Positions 9,975-18,011 of a DNA stretch of 64,000 nt are shown one piece after another. Both the position numbers and the translations under genes were made by a program. The notes beneath the pieces were generated by a model. The model worked only from the letters and a program-made list of their open reading frames with translations, was not told the DNA's origin and searched no databases. The stretch lies in assembly GCA_024695105.1 (NCBI GenBank), contig JAILIV010000076.1, positions 5,156 to 69,155 on the forward strand, read 5' to 3'. How positions within the stretch are numbered: position 1 is the stretch's first letter; every line of letters starts with the position of its first letter. The DNA comes from Bacilli bacterium (GTDB lineage Bacteria > Bacillota_I > Bacilli_A > RFN20 > CAG-826).

Positions 9975-11141
9975 ATGAACGTTACGGGTTCTTTGAATAA
10001 TGGGGTCATGACCCTTTTCCTACAAGGAAAGATTGATTCCGCGAATGCGCAGGAAGCGGAAAAAGCCATCCGTCAGTGTCTGGCGAAGAAAACCTTTGAT
10101 CGCCTGGTCTTGGATTGTTCCGAGCTCTCTTATATCACCAGCGCGGGTTTGCGTTTGGTGTTGGCCCTTTGGAAGGAAAACCCGACCTTAAGCGCGCAAA
10201 ACGTTATCCCCGACGTTTATGAAATTTTCGACATGACTGGCTTCACAAAGATGATGGACGTGCAACGGAGTTTGCGCACGTTGTCCGTGGATGGCCTCCC
10301 GTTGGTGGGGGAAGGATTCACCGCCAATGTGTATCGTCTCGACGCGGAAACCATCGTCAAGGTTTTCAAGAAGCATCGCTCCCTTGAATCGGTCCGCGCG
10401 GAAATCGACGCGGCGAAGAAGGCGTTCATCTACGGCATTCCCACCGCCATTTCCTTCGACGTGGTGAAAGTGGGAGACCATTTGGGGCTGGTGTTTGAGA
10501 TGCTGCACTGCGCCACGCTTCGCGATTTGATTTTGGCCCATCCCGAACGCTTCGAAGAATACAAGAAGATGTACGCCGACCTTTCGTACCGAATCACCCA
10601 CACCAACGCGGAAGGGTCGGGCTTGCAACATTGCAAAGGGCCCCTACTGGAAAAACTCTCCGTCCTTTCGACCGTCTTGTCCCCGGAGGAGTATTCCAAG
10701 CTCATGGGGATGGTCGAGGCCCTGCCCGAGACCGAGACGCTTACGCACGGGGATTTTCACATCAAGAACATCCTTGTGCAAAACAACGAGCCGATCCTCA
10801 TCGATATGGACGCCGTGGCGTTAGGCCACCCCATCTTCGAGTTAGAGGGGATCTATCTTTCGTTCCAGGCCTATAACGAGGCCGACCCCACCAACGCGAC
10901 CCGTTTCTTTGGGGTTCCGCAACAAATCCTCGACGAGCTTTTCGATGCGTTACTAAAACGTTACTTCCCCGATAAGGACGAAAAAGGGCTCGCGGAGGTC
11001 TATGACAAAATCGTGTTGCTCGGCACCGCGCATTTGGCCTATCAGACCATCCATTACCAACGCGACGAGAATGGTCGGTTGGACAAGGCACTTACTCGGT
11101 TACGGAACCTTCTGTCCCGTTACGACACCCTCGAACTATAA
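9975..11141 (+). CDS. STAS domain fused to an aminoglycoside-phosphotransferase/choline-kinase-like (APH-fold) kinase domain
   Basis: The N-terminal ~105 aa look like an anti-sigma antagonist (LDCSELSYITSAGLRLVL). The C-terminal part has a Gly-rich loop plus Lys (GEGFTANVYRL...IVKVFKK), the catalytic loop HGDFHIKNILV, and IDMD. ATG 9975 lies 1 nt after the upstream stop. Confidence 0.75.
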   Translation: MNVTGSLNNGVMTLFLQGKIDSANAQEAEKAIRQCLAKKTFDRLVLDCSELSYITSAGLRLVLALWKENPTLSAQNVIPDVYEIFDMTGFTKMMDVQRSLRTLSVDGLPLVGEGFTANVYRLDAETIVKVFKKHRSLESVRAEIDAAKKAFIYGIPTAISFDVVKVGDHLGLVFEMLHCATLRDLILAHPERFEEYKKMYADLSYRITHTNAEGSGLQHCKGPLLEKLSVLSTVLSPEEYSKLMGMVEALPETETLTHGDFHIKNILVQNNEPILIDMDAVALGHPIFELEGIYLSFQAYNEADPTNATRFFGVPQQILDELFDALLKRYFPDKDEKGLAEVYDKIVLLGTAHLAYQTIHYQRDENGRLDKALTRLRNLLSRYDTLEL

Positions 11142-11150
11142 GCGAAAAAG

Positions 11151-11195
11151 AAAACGTTTTCCGAAAGGGACCTTTTGCGGGAAAACGTTTTTTCT
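11151..11195. terminator. bidirectional terminator between convergent genes
   Basis: A 12-bp perfect stem: AAAACGTTTTCC (11151-11162) pairs with GGAAAACGTTTT (11180-11191). It is flanked by an A-run and a T-run. Confidence 0.75.
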
Positions 11196-11198
11196 TCA

Positions 11199-12848
11199 TC
11201 AAACGTCGGCGTAGCACGATCCGCCGATGAATTCACGCATCAGCGAGTTGCTGGGAACCCATTCGTCGGGCATGTCGACGAAGAATTTCAACATGCGGAT
11301 GAGACGTTGGGCGACGGGGAAGTAGGGAGATTCCACCTCAATCGCCTGAAGCAGTGGCAGGGCGTATTTTTTCATGACCGGTAGCTCGTAGGAGAGCATG
11401 GAGTTATAGACGTAGTCTGACCCTTCTTGGCAGAGGTAGATCCAACGGAATTCGCCGGCGCGGACGCTAGGCCACATGGAGAGGGTCTCTTCCGCGGAGG
11501 CGTTACGGAACTTGTAGTCGCGGACGATGCGGCGAATGAGGCGCAAGTCGGTGAGGGAGAGGGGGTTATGGTCATCGAGGTTCATCTGGGCCTGAGGCGC
11601 GATGAAGATCTTGAACTTGGCCGACTTCGGGATGTCGGTGGTCATGCGGTCGTTGAGGGCGTGGATGCCTTCGATGATGATGGGCTCGTTCTTGCCGATA
11701 TGGATGGTTCTTCCGGGGACGCGTTTGCCACTTTGGAAGTCAAAACGCGGCAGGGTGACGGTTTCGCCATTGATCAAATCGAGCATGTTTTGGTTGAACA
11801 GCGGGATGTCCAGCGCCTCGATGTGCTCTAAGTCGGGTTTGCCATCGGCGTCTAACGGAGCCTCGCTTTTGGGGAGGTAGTAGTCGTCTAAGGAAATGCG
11901 GATGGGGTTGATGCCACGGGAAAGCAACTCGATGCGGAGACGGTTGGCGAAGGTGGTCTTGCCTGAGGAGGAGGGACCCGCGATGCAAATCAAGGAGATG
12001 GAGTCGATGTCTTTCTCAATGATTTCGCCTAGTTCGCACAGCATGCGGTTATGACGGGCTTCGCAGAGGTTGATGAATTCGATCGTGCCCCGGTTTTCAA
12101 TGGAACCGTTGATCCCGGCGACGGTGTCGCTTCCGACGATTTTGGCCCAGTCGTGGGATTCCTTAAGCGTGCGGTGGAAGGTGGGGTCATCTTCGAAGGG
12201 AGGGATCTTTCCGCCTTCTTCGGCGCGAGGGTATTGAAGCATGAAACCAGGGGTATAGAGACGAAGCTCGTAGTCATGGAGATAACCCGTGGACGGGACC
12301 ATGTGGGTGTACATGTAGTCCAAATACTCGGCGCAGGAGTAGAGGTGGACGTTGATTTCGGGACGGTATTTGAGAATGGCCTTCTTGTCCTCAAAACCGC
12401 ATTCGTCGTAGACGCGGGTGGCTTCCTCTAAGGAAACTTTCATACGCTTCAACGGAAGGTCGGCGGCGATGATTTTGTCGATTTCCGCGATGATGCGGTC
12501 ACGCATGGAAGAAGTGGCAAAGGTTTTGCCATCGATGAACGTGATGTTGATGGAACGGGAGACGTTATAGGAGAAGCGAATCTTAAGGTTGGGGTAGCAA
12601 CGGGCGAAGGCCATGGCGACCACATAACGGAGAGAGGCTTCATACACTTTGATCGCATCGTAGTCTTTGACGGTGAGAATCTCGACTTTGCAGTCGCGGT
12701 TGATTTCGTAGGTGAGCTCGCGGACGCGGTTATTCACTCGGGCGGCGACGGCGCGTTTTTCCGGGTCATAGTCCTTGATGATGCTCAAAATAGGGGTCTT
12801 TTTGTCCAATTTGATGGTGCGGTTGTCAATCTCGACGGTAAACGACAT
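11199..12848 (-). CDS. uridine-kinase/phosphoribulokinase-family nucleoside kinase with N-terminal TGS/ThrRS-like domains
   Basis: P-loop ICIAGPSSSGKTTFANRL, followed by LDDYY and EGIHALN as in Udk. The N-terminal ~250 aa resemble the TGS plus second additional domain of ThrRS. SD AGGAGG precedes the ATG. Confidence 0.8.
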   Translation of the reverse strand: MSFTVEIDNRTIKLDKKTPILSIIKDYDPEKRAVAARVNNRVRELTYEINRDCKVEILTVKDYDAIKVYEASLRYVVAMAFARCYPNLKIRFSYNVSRSINITFIDGKTFATSSMRDRIIAEIDKIIAADLPLKRMKVSLEEATRVYDECGFEDKKAILKYRPEINVHLYSCAEYLDYMYTHMVPSTGYLHDYELRLYTPGFMLQYPRAEEGGKIPPFEDDPTFHRTLKESHDWAKIVGSDTVAGINGSIENRGTIEFINLCEARHNRMLCELGEIIEKDIDSISLICIAGPSSSGKTTFANRLRIELLSRGINPIRISLDDYYLPKSEAPLDADGKPDLEHIEALDIPLFNQNMLDLINGETVTLPRFDFQSGKRVPGRTIHIGKNEPIIIEGIHALNDRMTTDIPKSAKFKIFIAPQAQMNLDDHNPLSLTDLRLIRRIVRDYKFRNASAEETLSMWPSVRAGEFRWIYLCQEGSDYVYNSMLSYELPVMKKYALPLLQAIEVESPYFPVAQRLIRMLKFFVDMPDEWVPSNSLMREFIGGSCYADV

Positions 12849-12958
12849 AGGTGGCCTCCTTTGGCGAATCGGGAAATGATAAATGTAAGCGGTTTCAAAA
12901 TCAATGATATGTTTTGGGGAAAGGAAGCAAAAGAGCGAATCCCGTCGGACTTATCGCG

Positions 12959-12973
12959 TTTGCTAAAGCAAAG
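12959..12973. promoter_or_regulatory. palindromic motif TTTGCT-AA-AGCAAA(G) in the divergent udk-like/pfk promoter region; exact second copy at 29517-29530
   Basis: The 14-mer TTGCTAAAGCAAAG (12960-12973) recurs exactly, in reverse complement, at 29517-29530. The flanks are conserved as CGY...YCG. Confidence 0.45.
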
Positions 12974-13067
12974 CCGATTTGAAGCGTGCGGACGCGGTGG
13001 CGTATTTTGTGTACCCTTCCTCGCGCGGTTGTGATTAAATAAGTCGGCTTTTTAGGAGGCTCACATT

Positions 13068-14270
13068 ATGCACAACATGGTATATATCCAATCTGGCGGC
13101 CCGACTTCGGTCATCAACTCGTCGCTTTACGGCGCGTACAAAGAAGCGATCCGCCACCCGGAGGAGATCGACCACATCTATGGTTCGATCAACGGCATCG
13201 AAGGTTTGATCGATGGCAAACTCTTCGATCTCCGCGAAGAAGACCCCGAGCAAATCGAATTGCTCATCCAGACCCCGGGTGCTGCCCTTGGCACCACCCG
13301 TCGGAAACTCCCGAAGGAAATCGACGACCCCGTCTATCAGCAGATTCTCGCCAACCTTCAGAAGTTCTCCATCAAATACGTGTTCGTCAACGGCGGAAAC
13401 GACTCGATGGATACCTGCGCGAAGATTTCCAAACTTTGCCAGGACAAGAACCTCGACATCCGCGTCATCGGCGTCCCCAAGACCATCGACAACGACTTGG
13501 CTTGCACTGACCACACCCTAGGCTATGCCTCGGCCGCGAAAGTCGTCATCAACTCCATCTATTCGATTTCCAAAGACGCCCTTTGCTACAAGAAGGGCAA
13601 AATCCATATCGTCGAAGTCATGGGCCGCAACGCCGGTTGGCTCACCGCCGCCGCGGACTTGGTCCCCGACGATGGCCGCCCCGACCTCATTTACCTTCCC
13701 GAGAATCCCTTCGACGTCGAGGAGTTCCTCAAGGACGTCAAAGAGGTCCATGACCGCAAAGGCATGGGCATCGTCGTCATCTCCGAAGGCTTGAAGTTCG
13801 ACCGTGGCGAAGCCACCGAGGTCGATTCCTTCGGCCATGCGCAGCTTTCTGGCGCCGGTCAGCAACTCGCCAACATCATTGAGCAGCGCCTTGGCCTGAA
13901 GTCCCGCGTCGTCGAACTCTCCTTGGTCCAGCGCGCCAACCCATTCTTGCTTTCCCGCAACGACCGCGACGAAGCGATCGAAGTCGGTGAGCTTGCCGTC
14001 TCCAGCGCCCTCCGTGGCGAAACCGGCAAGATGATCGTCATGAAGCGCGTCTGCAACAAACCCTATATCGGACGTTTCGAACTCGTTCCGCTGGATTTGG
14101 TCGCCAACGCCGAGCAGACCATTCCGCCCGAGTACATGTACGACAAGACCCGTATGTCCGATAAGTTCCGCGAGTACCTCCACCCGCTGATTGAGGGCAA
14201 CATCCATCTGAAGTACCGTGGTGGCATCGTCTTGCTGACCAACTTCAAGAAGATCCCCGTCGAGCCCTAA
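13068..14270 (+). CDS. pfkA: 6-phosphofructokinase (PFK family A), with residues suggesting PPi dependence
   Basis: Motifs SGGPTSVINSS, NGGNDSMD, GVPKTIDNDL, MGRNAGWL. SD AGGAGG lies 8 nt upstream of the ATG. Confidence 0.9.
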   Translation: MHNMVYIQSGGPTSVINSSLYGAYKEAIRHPEEIDHIYGSINGIEGLIDGKLFDLREEDPEQIELLIQTPGAALGTTRRKLPKEIDDPVYQQILANLQKFSIKYVFVNGGNDSMDTCAKISKLCQDKNLDIRVIGVPKTIDNDLACTDHTLGYASAAKVVINSIYSISKDALCYKKGKIHIVEVMGRNAGWLTAAADLVPDDGRPDLIYLPENPFDVEEFLKDVKEVHDRKGMGIVVISEGLKFDRGEATEVDSFGHAQLSGAGQQLANIIEQRLGLKSRVVELSLVQRANPFLLSRNDRDEAIEVGELAVSSALRGETGKMIVMKRVCNKPYIGRFELVPLDLVANAEQTIPPEYMYDKTRMSDKFREYLHPLIEGNIHLKYRGGIVLLTNFKKIPVEP

Positions 14271-14312
14271 GCTCCATTAGTGGTTGTCAAAAAAAACCAA
14301 TCAATCATCGAA

Positions 14313-14336
14313 AGCCGCCTTGGGGCGGTTTTCTTT
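14313..14336 (+). terminator. rho-independent terminator after pfk
   Basis: AGCCGCC-TTGG-GGCGGTT hairpin (one G-U pair) followed by TTCTTT. Confidence 0.65.
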
Positions 14337-14386
14337 ATGGCGCATGGGCGCATACAACGTATAAAATATCGTGAAGGAGGATTCTT

Positions 14387-14617
14387 ATGGCGAAAAGCAA
14401 GAAAGCGCGGACCCTTTCCAAACAAGCCCATCGTGGCATTCCGGAGGCGCAATACGCCCTCGGGCTTTGCTATTACGAAGGCAAAGGGGTAGCCAAAGAC
14501 GAGAGGAAGGGCGTCGAGTGGATTCGCGAAGCCGCCCTGCAAGGCTATAAGCCCGCCAAGGATTGGATGGAAGACTACGCGTTCGACGACGATCCAGGCG
14601 TCCAAGCGGAGAGTTGA
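14387..14617 (+). CDS. small Sel1-like repeat (SLR/TPR) protein, 76 aa
   Basis: Sel1 signature AQYALGLCYYEGKGVAKDERKGVEWIREAALQGY. SD GAAGGAGG is at 14373-14380, and a TATAAA/TAAAAT -10 candidate is at 14360-14367. Confidence 0.7.
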   Translation: MAKSKKARTLSKQAHRGIPEAQYALGLCYYEGKGVAKDERKGVEWIREAALQGYKPAKDWMEDYAFDDDPGVQAES

Positions 14618-14621
14618 GTTC

Positions 14622-14864
14622 ATGCTTCCAGATAAGCATCTTCTTTGCCCCAAATGTGGGAATTTCACCATGGAGCTTCAGTTTCCTGAGAACCAGCCCA
14701 TGGGCGTCTATGTGTGCTCCGTCTGCGGACATGTCGAAGAGGATTTGGGCGCGTTGCTCCCCAATGAAGACCAAATGCAAAAATTCCCCGGAGGTCAGCC
14801 TTCCGTTTCCAGCCCCACGGGGGATTTCGTTGCCAAAAAAGGCATGAAGAAAGGACAACCATGA
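14622..14864 (+). CDS. small zinc-ribbon protein, 80 aa
   Basis: CPKCG...(18 aa)...CSVCG pattern. It starts 4 nt after the previous stop. Confidence 0.6.
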   Translation: MLPDKHLLCPKCGNFTMELQFPENQPMGVYVCSVCGHVEEDLGALLPNEDQMQKFPGGQPSVSSPTGDFVAKKGMKKGQP

Positions 14865-15436
14865 GCCAAGCCATCGGATTGAAAGTCGCCCCGTTTGAGG
14901 GGTATGGATCTCGGAAGAGTTATTTCTTCGGGGATCCCATCTTACCCATTTCCCTCGTGGATAAGTTTGATGACGAGACATTCTTTTTCGGAATGATCAA
15001 CCTTAAGGAAATCGCTTCCCTTGACACGGAAGGCAAATTGCCCCACGAAGGTTTCCTCTATTTGTTCCTCCATCTTTTGGATAGCTTCGAGGACGAGTGC
15101 CCGAGCCACTTCGCCCCGGTGTTCTTCTATTCCAAAGTGGAGCCCACCCACGTCGTGGACGATTTCAACGAGGTGTTCTTGGAGACGTTCCCCAATATCG
15201 GCACCCCGAAAGGCATGGCGTTTTCGGCCGTCCCCGAGGACGCGATGGGCACCAAACTCTTGGGCGTCCCTTATGATTGGAATTACGAGAACAAGCCCAA
15301 AGAGCTTCTGCTCACGATTTCCCATTTGGACGAAGAGTTGGACTTTTGCGCCTATATCGATGGGCTTAGCTACGTCTTCTTCGGTCCGAAGGAAAACCCC
15401 TTCGGTGGCGCGACTATGTTCTTAGAACGTTCATAA
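14861..15436 (+). CDS. DUF1963 (YwqG-like) protein, 191 aa
   Basis: Family pattern: GDPILP...MINLKEIASLD..GKLPHEGFLYLFL in the N-terminal half and TKLLGVPYDW...LLLTISHLDEE...GLSYVFF in the C-terminal half. ATGA overlap with the upstream gene. Confidence 0.7.
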   Translation: MSQAIGLKVAPFEGYGSRKSYFFGDPILPISLVDKFDDETFFFGMINLKEIASLDTEGKLPHEGFLYLFLHLLDSFEDECPSHFAPVFFYSKVEPTHVVDDFNEVFLETFPNIGTPKGMAFSAVPEDAMGTKLLGVPYDWNYENKPKELLLTISHLDEELDFCAYIDGLSYVFFGPKENPFGGATMFLERS

Positions 15437-15448
15437 AAGGAGAAAAAC

Positions 15449-15739
15449 ATGAAATTGCATTACCAAGGATCCATCCGCCGTTTGCAAGGGTCTGGCATGG
15501 CCTTTGCCAGTTTCGACAATGACGTTGACCCCGCCGTCGTTGGCGTGGGGAAGATGGACCGCATCGCCGTTCCCGACTCCGCCGTCACGATTGACCGCGT
15601 GGGTGAGGAAGACATGGACTTCACGTTCCATTATTTCGATTCCAAGACCCCGTACCATATCACTCGGGGAGAACAGATTCAGGTGAAGAAGGAGGGCAAT
15701 GCCTTTGGTTTCCACCTGACCTTTACGCTGGAGGACTAA
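15449..15739 (+). CDS. small hypothetical protein, 96 aa (paralogue set A)
   Basis: SD AAAGGAG upstream. It shares the motifs IDRVGEEDMDF and GFHLTFTLED with the ORFs at 17279 and 17566. Confidence 0.6.
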   Translation: MKLHYQGSIRRLQGSGMAFASFDNDVDPAVVGVGKMDRIAVPDSAVTIDRVGEEDMDFTFHYFDSKTPYHITRGEQIQVKKEGNAFGFHLTFTLED

Positions 15740-15741
15740 CC

Positions 15742-16323
15742 ATGGCCAATAACTATTTCAAACTTCGTCGTTGCGAAGAGGAGGCCAACGAGGACCTCGA
15801 CCGCAGCAAACTTTTGGGCGCGCCCGTCATGCCTGAGGGTTTCTTCGAGAAACTGGGGCTAAGCGAAAGCGATTACTTCATCGCCCAGATCAACTGCTCC
15901 GAATTGCCCGATCACACTTACGCCCCGGAAAAAGGGTGGGTGTACCTGTTCCTCGACATCGACACGCTGCAACCCAAGGCTTTTTACACCGCAGAAGAGC
16001 CCGCCGAACTCTTAAGCGAGATCAACGCCAACTTCGACGAGGAAAGCTGTGGTGAGACCGTTGCGCATTATTTGGACTTCGTCGAGGAAAGCGAAGCCTT
16101 CGTTTTTGGACCCAAGGACAAGGATTTGGACCTTCAGGCTTACGCTGACACGGAAGGCAAAGTGACCTTGCTTCAAATCGACGCACTTGCCTTGGGGGAT
16201 TCCAAACTCTTCCAGTTCACCGACCTTGCCGTGGGTGATGGCTACCTCATTTTCCTCATCGACAAGAAGAAGCTCGCCAAAGGCGACTTTAGCGAAGTTT
16301 CGTTCATCGACTACGGCTATTGA
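15742..16323 (+). CDS. DUF1963 (YwqG-like) protein, 193 aa
   Basis: SKLLGAPVMPEGFF...AQINCSELPD...EKGWVYLFLD, plus a C-terminal LLQIDALA...GDGYLIFLIDKKKL. It starts 2 nt after the previous stop. Confidence 0.7.
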   Translation: MANNYFKLRRCEEEANEDLDRSKLLGAPVMPEGFFEKLGLSESDYFIAQINCSELPDHTYAPEKGWVYLFLDIDTLQPKAFYTAEEPAELLSEINANFDEESCGETVAHYLDFVEESEAFVFGPKDKDLDLQAYADTEGKVTLLQIDALALGDSKLFQFTDLAVGDGYLIFLIDKKKLAKGDFSEVSFIDYGY

Positions 16324-16326
16324 TCC

Positions 16327-17262
16327 ATGGACATCGCCGGAATCGCTAAGTTGGAATCGGATATCCTCGCCAAGCGCAAGGAGCTACCTTTCCTTTCGCC
16401 TTACGCCAAAAAGCAAGGGTTGAAGAACGAACTCGGTCTGCGACTGCGCCAAGGCAAGGACGCTATTTCGTGCAACGCCTTGATCGCGATGATCGAGGAA
16501 TACCAAAACCTATGTGAGGCCGCTCTGGCGGAGCAGTCCGAAGAATTGACCCCTGACGCCAGGGAAGCGGTGCCTTTCCTTCTTCGTTATCTCGAAGACC
16601 GGGCCAGCGATCCGAACGCGGATCCATCCCCAACGCTTAAAACCTATGCGTGTTACGTCGTTCAAGGCATCGACGCCCAGCTTTTCCTTCCCGCAGAGCA
16701 GGCCGTTTTGCTTACTGACTTGCTTCTGGAGTATCAAAAGGCGGGATTCCCTTGGAGAGCCAAAGAATACGCGTGCATGCTTCGCGAGCTTCTTTCCCAC
16801 ACCGATTCGGTATCGGTGATTTATACACGTCTTTGCGGTTTTTACCGTGAAGTGTGCGACCTTCGTTCCGCGATGGATGTGTGTCACATGGGGGCCAATG
16901 CGTTAAAACGCACCGGTAATCTAAAGGAGGCTGCGACCTTGGAGTCTTCCGCCCTTGGCAACGCCCTTGACGTTCTGGGCGTGATATTGCCAAGCGAGGA
17001 AGAAATCAAGGCGGAATACGGAGAGTACGCCGAAATCGTTTTGGGCTATCCGAAACGGTATTTATTGCGGCACGACCCACGCGAATCGGCCCCAGAATTC
17101 CAAGACGCCTATGACGAGGTCATGGAAGAAGTGCTGGAACGCTTGGGCACGGAGCCGGCGCATGGGCTCGTTCTATGGCACGCCATGACCGACGCTTTTT
17201 CTAGGCGTGGCATCTCCTGGCGGGATCCCCATCTTACCAATCCGGGCATTCGATTCGATTAA
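16327..17262 (+). CDS. hypothetical helical protein, 311 aa
   Basis: Coding-like composition, tightly packed between neighbours. I recognise no family. Confidence 0.6.
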   Translation: MDIAGIAKLESDILAKRKELPFLSPYAKKQGLKNELGLRLRQGKDAISCNALIAMIEEYQNLCEAALAEQSEELTPDAREAVPFLLRYLEDRASDPNADPSPTLKTYACYVVQGIDAQLFLPAEQAVLLTDLLLEYQKAGFPWRAKEYACMLRELLSHTDSVSVIYTRLCGFYREVCDLRSAMDVCHMGANALKRTGNLKEAATLESSALGNALDVLGVILPSEEEIKAEYGEYAEIVLGYPKRYLLRHDPRESAPEFQDAYDEVMEEVLERLGTEPAHGLVLWHAMTDAFSRRGISWRDPHLTNPGIRFD

Positions 17263-17278
17263 ATAAGGAGGTATCACT

Positions 17279-17566
17279 ATGACCCTTACCATTACCACTA
17301 TCTCTTGGGGTATCGACCGGCGGACCGGGGAACGTTCCGAAAACGTCGTCGGAAAAGATTCCTTTGAAGCCAAAGTCGGTCCTGTCGGTCCTGTCGGCGC
17401 AGGCCCGAGGAAAGCGACGTTTCAAATCCTCTCCGTCGAGGAAGATGGCATTTTGATCCACCTTTCGGACAAATTGAAAGACCTTCCACTTAAAGTTGGG
17501 CAGACCTACACACATCGTCCGTTCTCGATGGACGCTGGCTTCATTTACCATTTTGAGCTGAACTAA
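17279..17566 (+). CDS. small hypothetical protein, 95 aa (paralogue set A)
   Basis: SD AAGGAGG upstream. Motifs ILSVEEDGILI and GFIYHFELN. Confidence 0.6.
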   Translation: MTLTITTISWGIDRRTGERSENVVGKDSFEAKVGPVGPVGAGPRKATFQILSVEEDGILIHLSDKLKDLPLKVGQTYTHRPFSMDAGFIYHFELN

Positions 17567-17862
17567 TGGCCGCTAAGAAATTGTTTATCGTTGCCCGTTA
17601 TACCAAAGACGGTCTGCGGAAAAACGTGGAGGTTTCCGTTCCGTTTCGGGTAGGGACGCACCCGTTACCCCAAATAGAGCCCTTTAATGTGCGTGTCGAC
17701 GTCGTTCCAGGCGTTTGGCATGGATTCACTGAGATTAAGATAACCGAGGAAGGAAAACTTTGGTTCCCTGGCTGCGGTCCCTCTTATTTGAGAGACGGGA
17801 AAGCGATGTTTGAAATCCGTGCCCACGGAGTCGAGTATCATTTCGACTTCCGCGTTGAATAA
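17566..17862 (+). CDS. small hypothetical protein, 98 aa (paralogue set A)
   Basis: TAATG stop/start overlap with the previous gene. Motifs IKITEEGKLWF and VEYHFDFRVE. Confidence 0.6.
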   Translation: MAAKKLFIVARYTKDGLRKNVEVSVPFRVGTHPLPQIEPFNVRVDVVPGVWHGFTEIKITEEGKLWFPGCGPSYLRDGKAMFEIRAHGVEYHFDFRVE

Positions 17863-17915
17863 TGCGTTTTCCGCAGGACGTGCACTCGTTTTTCGCATTT
17901 TGAGTTATTAAAAGG

Positions 17916-17943
17916 AAGCGCTCTTTACAGGGCGTTTTCTTTA
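17916..17943 (+). terminator. probable terminator closing the 8-gene island
   Basis: AAGCGCTC-TTTACA-GGGCGTTT hairpin (with G-U pairs) followed by TCTTT. Confidence 0.5.
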
Positions 17944-18011
17944 TCCGCTAATGCGCTTACATTCATGCCCGCGTTGTTTTGGCGCGCGCCGCGTGGCAAA
18001 ATAACGCTGAT

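Noticed and set aside
11149-11193. Two cre/LacI-operator-like palindromes, GAAAACGTTTTC, that might be CcpA sites.
   Set aside because: They are the two arms of a 12-bp terminator stem between convergent genes. The outer TG/CA positions of the cre consensus are not matched. A structural role explains them fully.
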